64,000 nucleotides of DNA from an uncultured virus (IMG/VR IMGVR_UViG_3300002231_000147) (Duplodnaviria; Heunggongvirae; Uroviricota; Caudoviricetes), in the IMG/VR virus record IMGVR_UViG_3300002231_000147, positions 1 through 64,000 of that record, one strand, 5' to 3'. Positions within the stretch are counted from its first letter, which is position 1. Every line of letters starts with the position of its first letter. Positions 11,914 to 22,688 of the stretch are shown in pieces. The translations under genes and the position numbers were made by a program. The notes under the pieces are model-generated. The model was not told the DNA's origin, searched no databases, and worked only from the letters and a program-made list of their open reading frames with translations.

Positions 11914-12447
11914 ATGAAAAACAAAAAACTCAGCAGATTCGAAAAGCTTTGCGAAGCAATTGAAGAAGAAAACCTTTTTAACCTTGGCGATGAAGATGAT
12001 ATCGTTGATGATTATGAGGATAACATTGATGACATCGAAGGTGGCGACGAAGGAATTGGCGACGAAGAGCTTGGTGGTGAGGTAACACTTACTGTATCAG
12101 CTGAACAAGTTGCTGTTCTTAAAGACATCCTCGCTCAACTCGACACCGAAGAAGGTGAAGAGGAAGATGAGTTTGGTGGCGAAGAAGAACTAGGTGGCGA
12201 CGAAGAGGACGGTCTTGATATCGAAAATCTTGAAGAAGAAGCTGTTGAGTTTGAAAATGCACCAGACCCAGAATCAGTAAAGAACAAGACTAAGAGCGGT
12301 AAGGCTTCAACTAAGACTGGTGATCTTGAAAGAGACGCTAACGCAGCTGATGAAGGTCCAGAAAAGCCATTCAAGTTTGTTCGCAAGGAAGTTCCTCAAG
12401 AGCTTAAGCACAAGACTACTAGTGGTCACAAAGGTAGTAAAGACTAA
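11914..12447 (+). CDS. Highly acidic late protein, possibly a prohead core/internal protein
   Basis: D/E-rich, with a late promoter upstream and a terminator downstream. Confidence 0.55.
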   Translation: MKNKKLSRFEKLCEAIEEENLFNLGDEDDIVDDYEDNIDDIEGGDEGIGDEELGGEVTLTVSAEQVAVLKDILAQLDTEEGEEEDEFGGEEELGGDEEDGLDIENLEEEAVEFENAPDPESVKNKTKSGKASTKTGDLERDANAADEGPEKPFKFVRKEVPQELKHKTTSGHKGSKD

Positions 12448-12489
12448 TTTAACCTTAGTATAACTTACGGTCACAAGTTACTAAACATT

Positions 12490-12520
12490 AAATCCCACCT
12501 TTTTAGGTGGGATTTTTTGT
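12490..12520 (+). terminator. Intrinsic terminator
   Basis: AAATCCCACCT / AGGTGGGATTT stem followed by a T-tract. Confidence 0.8.
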
Positions 12521-12541
12521 TTTTACGCATAAATAGTTTAT

Positions 12542-13600
12542 ATGAGCTTATTATTTGAATCAGTAATCGACATTACACGAGATGGATTATCCCCGCAGGT
12601 ATTTGATAACCCTAAATCAGATAATCCAACATTAAAACATGATGTCCTCCATAAAATTCGACATGATGTTGGACGTATTTCAGCAGATGTTCAAGTTGAG
12701 AATTATTTCATCAAAGGAAGTATCCTAACAAATCAATGGACACGTAATGCGGATATCGATATTTTTATTCAGATTGATTCAACACTAACTGACGATGAAT
12801 TGCGTGATCTATTATATGATACGTGGTCGGAAATAGATGATTCATATGAGGAAGGGATATCTCACCCATTCCAATATTATCTATCATCCAAATCATATGA
12901 CTTTGATAACACTGAGGCAGCATATGATGTTGAGAACCTAGAGTGGATTAAAAAACCTACTACAAAATCAATCGATATTGATGATTATATGTCGAAGTAT
13001 CGTAAATACGTTAGTAAGTTTGCTGATTACTCAGAAGAATTGAGACGTGATGTTATTGATTATGAAATATTGAAGGAAATCCCTAGAGATGATGTCAAAG
13101 GTATTGAAGGTATGGCAAATAGTCAACTAGAGCGTATTGAATCCGATATCATAGACTATTTAGATACCTATGCTGAGGTTCGTGACATGAGACAAGCAGC
13201 ATTTAGTGGTGATATGACCCCAGCGGAGTTAAAGCAATATGGAGTTAAGTCAAAATTACCAGGAAATGTTATATTCAAGTTCATCGAACGTTACCATTAT
13301 CAGGATTTAGCTAAGAAATTACGTGCCATTATTGGTAAAGATAAGGAATTAGATGAGCGAGAGTATGAGGAATTGAATAAAATCCTCAAAACTAAGCTAA
13401 CAAACGAAACAACATCTTTTAAAAGTGTCTTCAAGCCTCACACAAAGGGTCGTGGAGACATGCAACACAAAGCAAAACACCGTCAACAAGATATGTCAGC
13501 GGGATTAAAGGGGATTGGTGATAGAAAATCACTGAAATTGGTTCCCGACTACGTTAGACATTCCCCACTCAAGGCTGAACGGGAGGTTGATAATGACTAA
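12542..13600 (+). CDS. Pol-beta-superfamily nucleotidyltransferase, late-expressed
   Basis: GSILTNQWTRNADIDIFI (GS...DxD), HPFQYY and AAYDVENLEWIK; CATAAATA at 12528-12535. Confidence 0.7.
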   Translation: MSLLFESVIDITRDGLSPQVFDNPKSDNPTLKHDVLHKIRHDVGRISADVQVENYFIKGSILTNQWTRNADIDIFIQIDSTLTDDELRDLLYDTWSEIDDSYEEGISHPFQYYLSSKSYDFDNTEAAYDVENLEWIKKPTTKSIDIDDYMSKYRKYVSKFADYSEELRRDVIDYEILKEIPRDDVKGIEGMANSQLERIESDIIDYLDTYAEVRDMRQAAFSGDMTPAELKQYGVKSKLPGNVIFKFIERYHYQDLAKKLRAIIGKDKELDEREYEELNKILKTKLTNETTSFKSVFKPHTKGRGDMQHKAKHRQQDMSAGLKGIGDRKSLKLVPDYVRHSPLKAEREVDND

Positions 13601-13964
13601 AAAGAATACAAAAATCATTCGAGTTAAGCAAGGAAGTCCACAGGCAAACTTTTATGCTAAGAAATACCGCATTGAAGACCCAACGGGAACTAAAACAGTT
13701 GCTGGTAATCAAAATGATGTCGGTATTAAGATTGTATTCGAAGAATCTACTATATTAGGAACATGTCAGAGCGAAGAATTAATTAATGATATATTTGGCT
13801 CTGTTACCGATTTTGCCCAAGCGGTAGAGGAATATGGGGATAATTTCAAATATGGTAATTATATCATAAAATATAATGATGATTTGGATATTCATACATT
13901 CTATCTAAATGAATCATTAGAACAAAAAATTGAACGTGCTAGACAAGTTCTAGACCAACTATAA
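13587..13964 (+). CDS. Hypothetical protein, possibly the frameshifted C-terminus of the upstream gene
   Basis: Overlaps the upstream stop; 125 aa. Confidence 0.5.
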   Translation: MIMTKKNTKIIRVKQGSPQANFYAKKYRIEDPTGTKTVAGNQNDVGIKIVFEESTILGTCQSEELINDIFGSVTDFAQAVEEYGDNFKYGNYIIKYNDDLDIHTFYLNESLEQKIERARQVLDQL

Positions 13965-13971
13965 AATAATT

Positions 13972-14719
13972 ATGGACGACTGCTACTTTACACCAGTTAG
14001 TGATACTGAATGTTTCACTGAAGATTTAAACTTTATTTCACCCGAAGAAACTGAACGCGAACGTCATTTGTTCAGCGAATGGTTCGATGGGTTGATTAAT
14101 GCATATGGAACAGGTATTGAATATATGCAAAACAATTATTCAACGGATGAACATAATCCAATTTTATGGTGAGGACAATGGTAGAATATTCTCAGACCCT
14201 GTTCCAATGCGAGCAATGGTTATGTTTAACTCAGATGTTACTATGTTGGGATCATTTGGCTATGATACCGATGGTGATATTACCGCATTCATTCACTTAT
14301 CAGCATACTATGATCAGTTTGGTGATGATTCTGAGCCACTTCCTGGTGATTTGATCAAGATGACGGAATATGGATCAACAAATAGACCAAATGGACGTAA
14401 TGCTCCAATATTTGAGATCACTCGAAGAGATGATGAACAGTTAGAAACAATTAATCCACTACTTGGTCACTACGTATGGATGATCCGCGCAAAACGCTAC
14501 GACTACAGTTATGAAAATAACGTTGATCCTGAAAAGGTAATGAACCAAGTCAATGATGACGTATCCACAGTTCCGCTACTTTCAGGGGTTCCTGAATTAT
14601 CAGGTGTAACAGATGACACAGATAAACTATATGATGGTAGTGCGGATGAATTAAGTGAATTAATCTTCGATTATAACAGTCATTCTAAATCAAATGACAG
14701 TGTTTACGGAGATTACTAA
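13972..14719 (+). CDS. gp14: Neck protein (indel near 14165)
   Basis: LINAYGTGIEYM, NPI(L)YGED, LGSFGY, EPLPGDLI, IFEITRRD and YVWMIRAKRYDYSYE. Confidence 0.8.
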
Positions 14720-14974
14720 TTATTTTCCATCATATATAAATCGATAGGCGAATGTATCACCTGATGCAACACGTCCAGTGTCGATGTCGTTACTCATAGC
14801 AGGAAATCGATCAGCAATATAATTTTTTATATGGTTCGGTTTCAGCTTACGTGTAATAACGTGTTCTAAATTTAAATCTCCTTTTTCACAGAAGTTTGAA
14901 ATATGATCCAAACATTCAAAAAGGCATAACCACTTTACGGTTTCGTCTTTACTCATTTTATTCAACATTGTCAA
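14720..14974 (-). CDS. Hypothetical protein
   Basis: 84-aa ORF in a coupled minus-strand cluster. Confidence 0.5.
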   Translation of the reverse strand: MTMLNKMSKDETVKWLCLFECLDHISNFCEKGDLNLEHVITRKLKPNHIKNYIADRFPAMSNDIDTGRVASGDTFAYRFIYDGK

Positions 14975-15332
14975 TTAGGCTTTCTAATTTACAAACAAAT
15001 TCTTTTTGATCGAAGTTATCAGTTAGCATATCAATCATTTTAATATTATCAATAATACTATTATACAGTGATTCAGCTATAATAGACTTATATGCATCAT
15101 CATAATTACATGTTGATTTAAATTGATTTAATGTATGAACTAGAAGTCTACTATTAGTCTCTTCTTCGTAGTCGGACATACTCATATATTCCCCTACTTC
15201 ATTATACGTCCACTTATACTTCTTATCATCCAATGCCCATTTATTGACATTTGATTGTCTTATCTCGGATTTCGTTAGGATCACTAAATCCTTCGCTGAG
15301 ATAGTTGATGGTTTTTTAATATCTTCTCCCAT
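14958..15332 (-). CDS. Hypothetical protein
   Basis: 124-aa ORF coupled to its neighbours. Confidence 0.55.
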   Translation of the reverse strand: MGEDIKKPSTISAKDLVILTKSEIRQSNVNKWALDDKKYKWTYNEVGEYMSMSDYEEETNSRLLVHTLNQFKSTCNYDDAYKSIIAESLYNSIIDNIKMIDMLTDNFDQKEFVCKLESLIDNVE

Positions 15333-15333
15333 A

Positions 15334-15756
15334 TTACCCAGATAGATTAGCAGTTTCAGATATCTTTGATAGGATATCTGTTGTTATCACACCTTCGGGA
15401 ATAATTTCGGTCTTCTGAACATTTGAAACAGATACCCCTACTGAATTAAGTGACTTACATTTCACACATCGATATTCATTAGGTAGAGCTAGACTCAATT
15501 CCATCTCATGTGGCTCATCACACACTGCACATTTCACCACACATGTATTACGGTGAATTAAATTTTCTCTATCTGCTATTAGTTTATTCGTTTGAACCTG
15601 CGCCCATGCCCTGATTGCTGTATTCATCAAAAATGTTACAGCTATCTGCAATATAAACGATACGATGAACCATCTTATCGGACTGCCCTCCATTGAATAA
15701 CCAATGGCTCCAAATACTAAACTAATAAATACTGCTATATTAAATCCTCTTATCAT
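15334..15756 (-). CDS. Membrane protein with a C-terminal Zn ribbon
   Basis: Two hydrophobic helices followed by CAVC...CVKC. Confidence 0.6.
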   Translation of the reverse strand: MIRGFNIAVFISLVFGAIGYSMEGSPIRWFIVSFILQIAVTFLMNTAIRAWAQVQTNKLIADRENLIHRNTCVVKCAVCDEPHEMELSLALPNEYRCVKCKSLNSVGVSVSNVQKTEIIPEGVITTDILSKISETANLSG

Positions 15757-15771
15757 GGCAGTAAAATATCA

Positions 15772-16152
15772 TTAATATTTAAGCTTGTCAAGCGAAACCA
15801 ACAATTCTTTATACTTTTCTTGAATTTGGTTAATTTGTCCGACAATATCTTTAATTACAGCCTTAGACTGATCATCATTTTTAACAATAGGGTTATTATA
15901 TGCTTCAATAAAGTCTACTTTAATATCCATAGTTGATTCAGCACTATTAATAATACGTTCAGTTACTGTCTGTAATTGATGAGGCATAGTTTTTGTTGAC
16001 TTGGTAACATCAGGCTTACCTGACTTCAAAATATCAACCAATGTCATCTGAACAGGGTTGCGTGTATTCTGCCAATCATAGCCCTTACCACCTCGCGAAG
16101 TGCCAAAGCTTGTTAAGTCCTCATTAATAAGTCGTTCTATATCATTTTCCAT
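15772..16152 (-). CDS. Hypothetical late protein
   Basis: Start MENDIERLINED lies behind AATAAATA. Confidence 0.55.
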   Translation of the reverse strand: MENDIERLINEDLTSFGTSRGGKGYDWQNTRNPVQMTLVDILKSGKPDVTKSTKTMPHQLQTVTERIINSAESTMDIKVDFIEAYNNPIVKNDDQSKAVIKDIVGQINQIQEKYKELLVSLDKLKY

Positions 16153-16209
16153 ACAATTATTTATTAAGCTAGATTGATAAATAATTAAAAGACGTATACA
16201 CTTATAATT

Positions 16210-16689
16210 ATGAGCAAGAATATTTTTAAAAACCAATTCATATCAATCCTAAATGAAGACATCAAGGATGAAGAACTAGAAGCAACTGAGGATGAAATCT
16301 ATGCACCCGATGATACAGAGGCATCTGGCGAAGCGTTCGGATCAACACTAGAGGATGATACTGATCCAGAGGATTTCGATGTAAATCCTAACTCATTTAA
16401 GCGAGTTAATAAGTCAAATATTGAAGAAGCTAAGAAGTGGATCAGTATTTTGAATGATTTCGCAGACTTGATTAATTCAATCGAAGACCCTGATTCATTG
16501 AACCATTTCCTCAACCGTGTAGACCGTGAAGGTTCCGCATTCCGTGGGGTTGTTCGTTCTCAAGGTAAGCGTGTTACACGTATTGCAGAAGAAGCTTCCG
16601 CAATGGCTGAAGTTCTTGGTTCCCACGTTGTAGGTTCTGAGAAGAAAGAGCGTGAATTGCTCCAACAGTTCCCAAGCTTACAAAAATAA
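16210..16689 (+). CDS. Acidic late protein
   Basis: GATAAATA upstream; FKNQFISILNE N-terminus. Confidence 0.6.
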   Translation: MSKNIFKNQFISILNEDIKDEELEATEDEIYAPDDTEASGEAFGSTLEDDTDPEDFDVNPNSFKRVNKSNIEEAKKWISILNDFADLINSIEDPDSLNHFLNRVDREGSAFRGVVRSQGKRVTRIAEEASAMAEVLGSHVVGSEKKERELLQQFPSLQK

Positions 16690-16711
16690 TTAACCTTTAC
16701 TATTACAAATA

Positions 16712-17206
16712 ATGAAAACTATTAAAGCAGAAAATCAATTCTCCAATGAAGACCGTTTAGAAATCAGTGATCTATACTCGGNAATATATCAACCAGAAGC
16801 ACAAGGTGATCTCCTTACTGAAAGCACTGTGCAAGAAGTTGACCCATATGACACAGATATTAGCCAATTTGAATTGGGTGATGGTGTAGTTGTGAAGCGA
16901 ACTGGTCCTGACCAAAATGATGATTATACATTCAAGATTTCAGGGCTTCGTCTTGATTTAGGTAATAATTACACTGATGACCATTTCGTAGATGCACTTG
17001 CAGGAAGCGAAAAGGGTGAAGATATCAATAGTCTTATTCGCACATTAAATTCTGGTGATGATGTAACAATCTCATTCAAGGGTAATTTCGGTATGGACAA
17101 GGAAGGATATGTTGTAAATGATCTCGCAGCATGGCTATCTCAAGCATACGAACGTAAGATGATCGAAGCTGAACAAGCTGATTACAGTATGGAAGACGAT
17201 ATGTAA
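16712..17206 (+). CDS. Acidic hypothetical protein
   Basis: 164-aa ORF with an LLTES motif. Confidence 0.55.
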   Translation: MKTIKAENQFSNEDRLEISDLYSXIYQPEAQGDLLTESTVQEVDPYDTDISQFELGDGVVVKRTGPDQNDDYTFKISGLRLDLGNNYTDDHFVDALAGSEKGEDINSLIRTLNSGDDVTISFKGNFGMDKEGYVVNDLAAWLSQAYERKMIEAEQADYSMEDDM

Positions 17207-17213
17207 TTAAAAA

Positions 17214-18302
17214 TTAAAGCCTTAGGCTGGCTAGATTATTTAATACTTGGGATTCTAACCCACCTTTATACAAATTCTTCATGATAAATTCATGAGGAAT
17301 TTTTTGTTTATTGGTCTTTACTGCTATTTCATTAAAGTCTTTGAAATTATCAGAGAACTTTTTTGACCATTTAAATACTTTCTCACCCTTTTTAATAAGC
17401 ATTTCAGTTTTTTGCTTAGCAGCTAAATCATGCTCAGGTGAGTCAATGACGTATACATGCTCATGGAATGGGTAGCGAGCTAATTGTTCGCGTTGTAGAT
17501 CATTGAATATATACGTGCCTTCCTCAGTGATACCTGATACACAAGTAGCATTCTGGACAAACATAGCGTCAATAGCACCCTCAAAGATAAAAATATATGG
17601 TATATCCATACTAATATTATCGATATTGAACAATGAACGCGCAGCACCCACCCGACTTAAGTATTTTGGTGATTCGTAGTCCTCAGAATCGTCCTCAACG
17701 AGCTTTCTAGTCTGATACCATACGATCTTCCCATTACTATAATAAGGGATCACAAGGCGATTCTTATGCGTGTAATCATCCAATGACACATAAAAGGTCT
17801 TTGGTCTATTAATTGCTACATCCAATTTACGTGATTTGATGTAATCTAATGCAATTTGGATGATTCTATGACCTTTATAAAATTCTACTTGAACGGGATC
17901 AAACAGATTAATTGAATTCTGGGGTAATCTCTCGGATACGAACGCTTCCTTTACGGTCTGTTTAATTAACTTCGCATAATCCATTGGGATAATGTCATAA
18001 TCTTCACATTCATCCTTGATTTCATGGTAAGTTAATCCACTTACAGTCTGAATAAATCGCATAGATGTCGAAACCCACCCACAGTTAAAGCATTTACATG
18101 TGGCATTTTCCCCTTCTCTATCAGGGGTATAATGAAATCGAGCACGTTTACCCCATGAGCTACCCTCATTACATATAGGACACCCACCAACTAAGTCACC
18201 TTTTTGTGTCTTTTTTACATAACCAACATATTGATATATGTATTGTTCTACATAATCAGGTGGAAGTTGGAGGTTTGAATTATCTTGAAAACTTTTAGCC
18301 AT
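17214..18302 (-). CDS. gp61: DNA primase
   Basis: Zn finger CPIC...CFNCG, RLVIPYY, PKYLS, TOPRIM IFEGAIDAMF and KDFNE. Confidence 0.9.
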   Translation of the reverse strand: MAKSFQDNSNLQLPPDYVEQYIYQYVGYVKKTQKGDLVGGCPICNEGSSWGKRARFHYTPDREGENATCKCFNCGWVSTSMRFIQTVSGLTYHEIKDECEDYDIIPMDYAKLIKQTVKEAFVSERLPQNSINLFDPVQVEFYKGHRIIQIALDYIKSRKLDVAINRPKTFYVSLDDYTHKNRLVIPYYSNGKIVWYQTRKLVEDDSEDYESPKYLSRVGAARSLFNIDNISMDIPYIFIFEGAIDAMFVQNATCVSGITEEGTYIFNDLQREQLARYPFHEHVYVIDSPEHDLAAKQKTEMLIKKGEKVFKWSKKFSDNFKDFNEIAVKTNKQKIPHEFIMKNLYKGGLESQVLNNLASLRL

Positions 18303-18341
18303 ATTTAACTAGGCTACCTCAGTCTTCGTAATAAATCAATA

Positions 18342-18526
18342 CTATTTTTCGATTTTCTTCGTCTCAACAGGAGTCCGTTTTGACCAAACTGTTGCAACGA
18401 GGGCATACATATCTAGCTTCAGTAACAATAGTGTTATGAAACTTACGTGTGTGTAATTTTAGCGGGAACTTGTGCTCCACGACATGTTGTGCATCGAACT
18501 GAATGTGCGTAATTATTTCTACTCAT
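18342..18526 (-). CDS. Small Zn-ribbon protein missed by the ORF track (frameshifted)
   Basis: MSRNNYAHSVRCTTCRG...RYVCPRCN across shifted frames; TATAAATA at 18534-18541. Confidence 0.4.
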
Positions 18527-18546
18527 AGGTAATTATTTATACAACA

Positions 18547-19447
18547 TCACCCATTAAGCAAGCTTTGTAGCACATTTACCACATCTGCCTTCTCAAATTT
18601 TTCCCGCCAATTAGCCTCACTCTTAGTAATACTACGCAATTCTAATTTATTACAGAACTCAAAGAACTTATTAATGTCCTTTTTAGTATTTCCAATCTGT
18701 TCCTTATAGAATTCCACTTCATCTGGATTACATTTTTAACCCTTGACGTAAATCCATAAGCATAATATTACGCTCAATAATCAGTCGCTTGTCTTTTTCT
18801 AACTTATTGAAGTTAGTTTTGAAGTTTTCAACGAATGTTTTACCACGTTTTGGTCCATATCCCTTTAAACCATCGATATTATCCGAACTATCTCCAACAA
18901 CAGCCCGATATAGGAGGTATTGGTTAGTCGGAACATCATCACTGAACTCAGTAAAAGAGGTTTTTGTGATAACCTTATGTTTCACTGGACTAAAAATGGT
19001 TAGATTTGGGCATAGATAAATCAATTGCATGAAGTCTTTATCAGCAGAGATCAATGTAACTTGTTGCCCCATCACTTCATTCAGACATAACCACGCAACA
19101 GCATCATCCGCTTCAAGTTTATTTGATATAATTGACTGAATACCCAACATATCACACAATGCTCTCAATACTCTATCACTTTTATGCACCTTTTCTTTGA
19201 CAGAATCATCTCTTTGTTCCTTATATTCGACTGCACTTTGTCTAAAGTTAACAAATTCTTTGTCTCTGATATCCCAACAGATGTAAATTTTATCTGGGCT
19301 ATATTTATCCACATAAGATTTCACATTTCTTAGAAAATGAAGAATATGGGCTACGTCATGACCATTAGAATTGACCATAACAGTATCCTTACTTGAGAAA
19401 AATGTTCTGTAAAGTAGATTTCCTCCATCTATAATTAGGTTGCGCAT
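18547..19447 (-). CDS. rnh: T4 RNase H / 5'-3' exonuclease (indel near 18730)
   Basis: IIDGGNLLYR, YKEQR, LEADDAV, ISADKDFMQL and GDSSDNIDGLKGYGPK. Confidence 0.9.
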
Positions 19448-19448
19448 C

Positions 19449-19994
19449 TTAAATTAGGCTACAATTTTCGATAATGTGGTCACGAGCGTTCATGATAGCA
19501 ACCCCAAGAAGGTTTTTACCATCCCATTTTGACGGATCACATATATCTGGATTAGATTCACTCATACCTACACCCCAAATTCTATCAACAGGAGACGCTT
19601 CAACGAATGTGAAGTCAGGAACAAGCTTAAGAGCCTCATTCCATGCGAAGTTTTGACTAAATTTAGACACATTGATCTTAGTAACATAGTCCAAACCGAC
19701 TTCATCCCACCGATCAGGGTCAAAATTCTGAACCATACGACCAATTGCCTTCTGTTTTGATGGATGATCCGCTGCCAGAATCTGAGCAAATGCCTCATCA
19801 TCTCCAAATTCCTTTGCCTTCATGAGCATCATACCTTGTTCAGCACAATTCAGTTTGATATCTGGTAACAACTCATGACATGTAAACTCACATGATGCCC
19901 ATTGACTACAGATTCCTCCATAGAATGCGATGATTTTTTCGTTTGGGAACACAGTTGCCCCAAAAATGTCGGAAATGTATTTTCTTCTAGTCAT
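19449..19994 (-). CDS. NADAR (YbiA-like) family protein
   Basis: CSQW, CAEQGMMLMKAKEFGD, KAIGRMV, KFSQN, VEASPVDRIWGVG and GKNLLG. Confidence 0.9.
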   Translation of the reverse strand: MTRRKYISDIFGATVFPNEKIIAFYGGICSQWASCEFTCHELLPDIKLNCAEQGMMLMKAKEFGDDEAFAQILAADHPSKQKAIGRMVQNFDPDRWDEVGLDYVTKINVSKFSQNFAWNEALKLVPDFTFVEASPVDRIWGVGMSESNPDICDPSKWDGKNLLGVAIMNARDHIIENCSLI

Positions 19995-20950
19995 TGTTCT
20001 TATAATAGTTAATTGTTTTATCTAATCGCTCTTCGAAACCAATGATATTTAATTCAATTCCACATTGTTCCTTCAGTTTTTTAATCTTAGATAAGTCAAT
20101 CGAATATCTAAAATCATGCCCCTTCCTCGCGTTGGGAACAAACTGAAGCAAATCGTCCGTCTTGTCAAGGATATTGAGAATTCTTTTCACAATATCAATG
20201 TTGGAAAACTCAAATCCATCACCCACATTATAGATTTCACCCTTCTTACCATGTTCAGCAACAACAATCAAGTCTTTTACGTGATCTTCGACGTATGTCC
20301 ACTCTCTCCGTTGCAACCCTTCATCATAAATCGGAATTTTCTTATCAGATAATGCATTCTTAATAACCTTCGGGATCAATTTTTCTTCGAATTGATTAGG
20401 ACCAAAGTTATTTGAACACCTAGTTGTAACAACATCCATACCATGAGTCTTATAATAAGCCTTGGCAAGCATTTCAGCAGATGCTTTTGTAGCCGAATAC
20501 ACTGAAGATGGATCATATTTAGCAAATTCCTTTGTAGAACCAGTCTTAATTGATCCAGTTACCTCATCAGTTGACACCAATATAACACGCTTCACCCCGA
20601 TTCTACGAGCCATTTCTAGGACTTGTAGGGTTCCTGCCACATTAGAGTGGACAAACCCCCATAGGAGACGATATAGAGCGATCTACATGACTTTCCGCAG
20701 CAAAATGAAAGAGATAATCGAATGGTAAATCCAATTCTTTACCCTTTGTGATATCATGAGCGATATCCCATTGATAGTGAGTCACACTTTGACCATCTTT
20801 AGGAGTCTTTACATTCTTTTTTGACGAACCTACGCCACAATAATCTAAATTAATTAGATTGAAGTTATCATAGTTATCAATTAAATGATTAATAAAGTTC
20901 GATCCGATGAATCCGTATCCACCTGTTACTAAAATATTCTTATTTTCCAT
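19987..20950 (-). CDS. rmlB: dTDP-glucose 4,6-dehydratase (indel near 20645)
   Basis: VTGGYGFIGSNF, HFAAESHVDRSI, VSTDEV, YSATKAS, RCSNNFGP and GHDFRY. Confidence 0.92.
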
Positions 20951-21722
20951 TTATAAATTCTTGAGTTTGAATCATTGACTCAGGTGTTCCCATATCAGAC
21001 CAAAATAAATCATCTAATAGAATAGCACCAGCGTTTTCTGTCTTACAATAATAGTTATTTATGTCTGATATTTCAAGCTCACCTCTTTTAGATGGCTTTA
21101 ATGTGTCAGCAATGTCATATACTTCTGGTGTATAAAAATATAGACCAGTTACAGCAAGATCAGAAATAAATTCAGTTGGTTTTTCAACAATCTCAGTAAG
21201 TTGTTGAGTATTGTCGTCATATTGTTTGATAACAGCTACTCCGAATCGATCCCACTCATCAGTTTTCTTCAAAGTTAGCATACATTTCATTGCTGGTCGC
21301 TCATTAAACATCTTACAACCATCATACATGATACCACGTGCGCTATCACCCCATTCGAAAAAATTATCACCTAAAATTACAGCAAAGTTTTCATCACCTG
21401 TGAAATCTTTTGCTAATTTTAATGCAGATGCGATACCCGCTGGTCTATTTGGATCACGCATCTCTTGAATTTTGTATGTGAATGATACACCACGATCAAA
21501 TCCATCACCTAAATGCTTAACAATGTCACCACAATGGTCTTGTGATGTGATTACAAGGATATCATCGATACCTAGATTGATTAATGTATCAATTGGGTAA
21601 TCAATCATAGGGATAGCTCCACTTATAGGTGAATATAGTGGGGCTAAGTGTTTGTTTGTTATTGTTTCGGTGAATGGAGCCATTCTAGTTCCAAACCCTC
21701 CTGCTAAAATTACTCCGCGCAT
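20940..21722 (-). CDS. rmlA: Glucose-1-phosphate thymidylyltransferase
   Basis: GVILAGGFGTR, LGDNFF, IVEKP, AVTGLYFY, RGELEISD and WSDMGT. Confidence 0.92.
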   Translation of the reverse strand: MRGVILAGGFGTRMAPFTETITNKHLAPLYSPISGAIPMIDYPIDTLINLGIDDILVITSQDHCGDIVKHLGDGFDRGVSFTYKIQEMRDPNRPAGIASALKLAKDFTGDENFAVILGDNFFEWGDSARGIMYDGCKMFNERPAMKCMLTLKKTDEWDRFGVAVIKQYDDNTQQLTEIVEKPTEFISDLAVTGLYFYTPEVYDIADTLKPSKRGELEISDINNYYCKTENAGAILLDDLFWSDMGTPESMIQTQEFINGK

Positions 21723-22651
21723 TGTGTTTCCTCCAATTTTAATTTATTAAGATGTTGTCCTAACGCACACCATACAGCGTCCTTTGCTGTAAGTAGTGAT
21801 GGGTGGTATTGTTCAATCTTATCAGTAGACAATACGCAATTACTTCTACGACATTTCATCAAACCCTCGGATAATAAGTCATCAGTTGAATACCATTTAT
21901 CAATTGTCTTCTGTCTATCATCATCGAACTGACTACCAACCATATCATTATATAAGTCGATAATCTCTTCCGCTGTGATTCCTCCTTTATTTACCACATT
22001 ATATATCCCGCGCATAACCTTACCTTGAACAATCTTCTCAATAAAGTGAACTAGGTCAGGAATATATGTAATTGAGTTTTTATAGTTAACTAATTTATCA
22101 TACTTGATAATTTTGTTGATATAATTTTTATCATCCTCCATACATGCATCAAACGGCATACGAATTCTAAGTAAGTATGGCATAGTTGTGAAACTATCCA
22201 TAGATGTCATATAAAAATGTGATTGATATTCTCCCTTACATTTGGAATATACTGACGAGGTTGGATTACGTGAACCAAAGTTTGGGATATCATCTTCAGT
22301 GAAGACTCGCTCACCTGTCTCATCATTATAAACACACCCTGTAGATACAGTTACAAAATGGACACCATGCCTACAGCAATTAAAGAATATCCACGCAGTG
22401 TGTCTTACATTACGCAATCTACATTCATCCTCTTGCGTTTGACACGCATCTACATTTGGTTTACCAGTATACCCATATGTATTAATCACAAATTCAGGAT
22501 TATACTTATTGATAAGTTCATCAAATCCATCTCGCTCAACATAGTCATACTCACTACGGGAAACCCTAACTAGATTATAATCCTCTAGTTTCCAATATTT
22601 CTCAATCTTACCTGAGATATATCCTTTACCTAAAACTAATACGTTCTTCAT
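21710..22651 (-). CDS. NDP-4-keto-6-deoxyglucose epimerase/reductase (RmlD / NRS-ER-like)
   Basis: VLGKGYI, GYTGKPNVDAC, STGCVY, YSKCK, LRIRMP and RSNCVL resemble bifunctional NRS/ER-type enzymes. Confidence 0.8.
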   Translation of the reverse strand: MKNVLVLGKGYISGKIEKYWKLEDYNLVRVSRSEYDYVERDGFDELINKYNPEFVINTYGYTGKPNVDACQTQEDECRLRNVRHTAWIFFNCCRHGVHFVTVSTGCVYNDETGERVFTEDDIPNFGSRNPTSSVYSKCKGEYQSHFYMTSMDSFTTMPYLLRIRMPFDACMEDDKNYINKIIKYDKLVNYKNSITYIPDLVHFIEKIVQGKVMRGIYNVVNKGGITAEEIIDLYNDMVGSQFDDDRQKTIDKWYSTDDLLSEGLMKCRRSNCVLSTDKIEQYHPSLLTAKDAVWCALGQHLNKLKLEETQCAE

Positions 22652-22657
22652 ATACGG

Positions 22658-22685
22658 ATTATACCATCCATATATAAGAAATCAA
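22658..22685 (-). promoter_or_regulatory. Sigma70-like early promoter of the rhamnose operon
   Basis: TTGATT-N16-TATAAT with an extended TG. Confidence 0.6.
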
Positions 22686-22688
22686 CTG

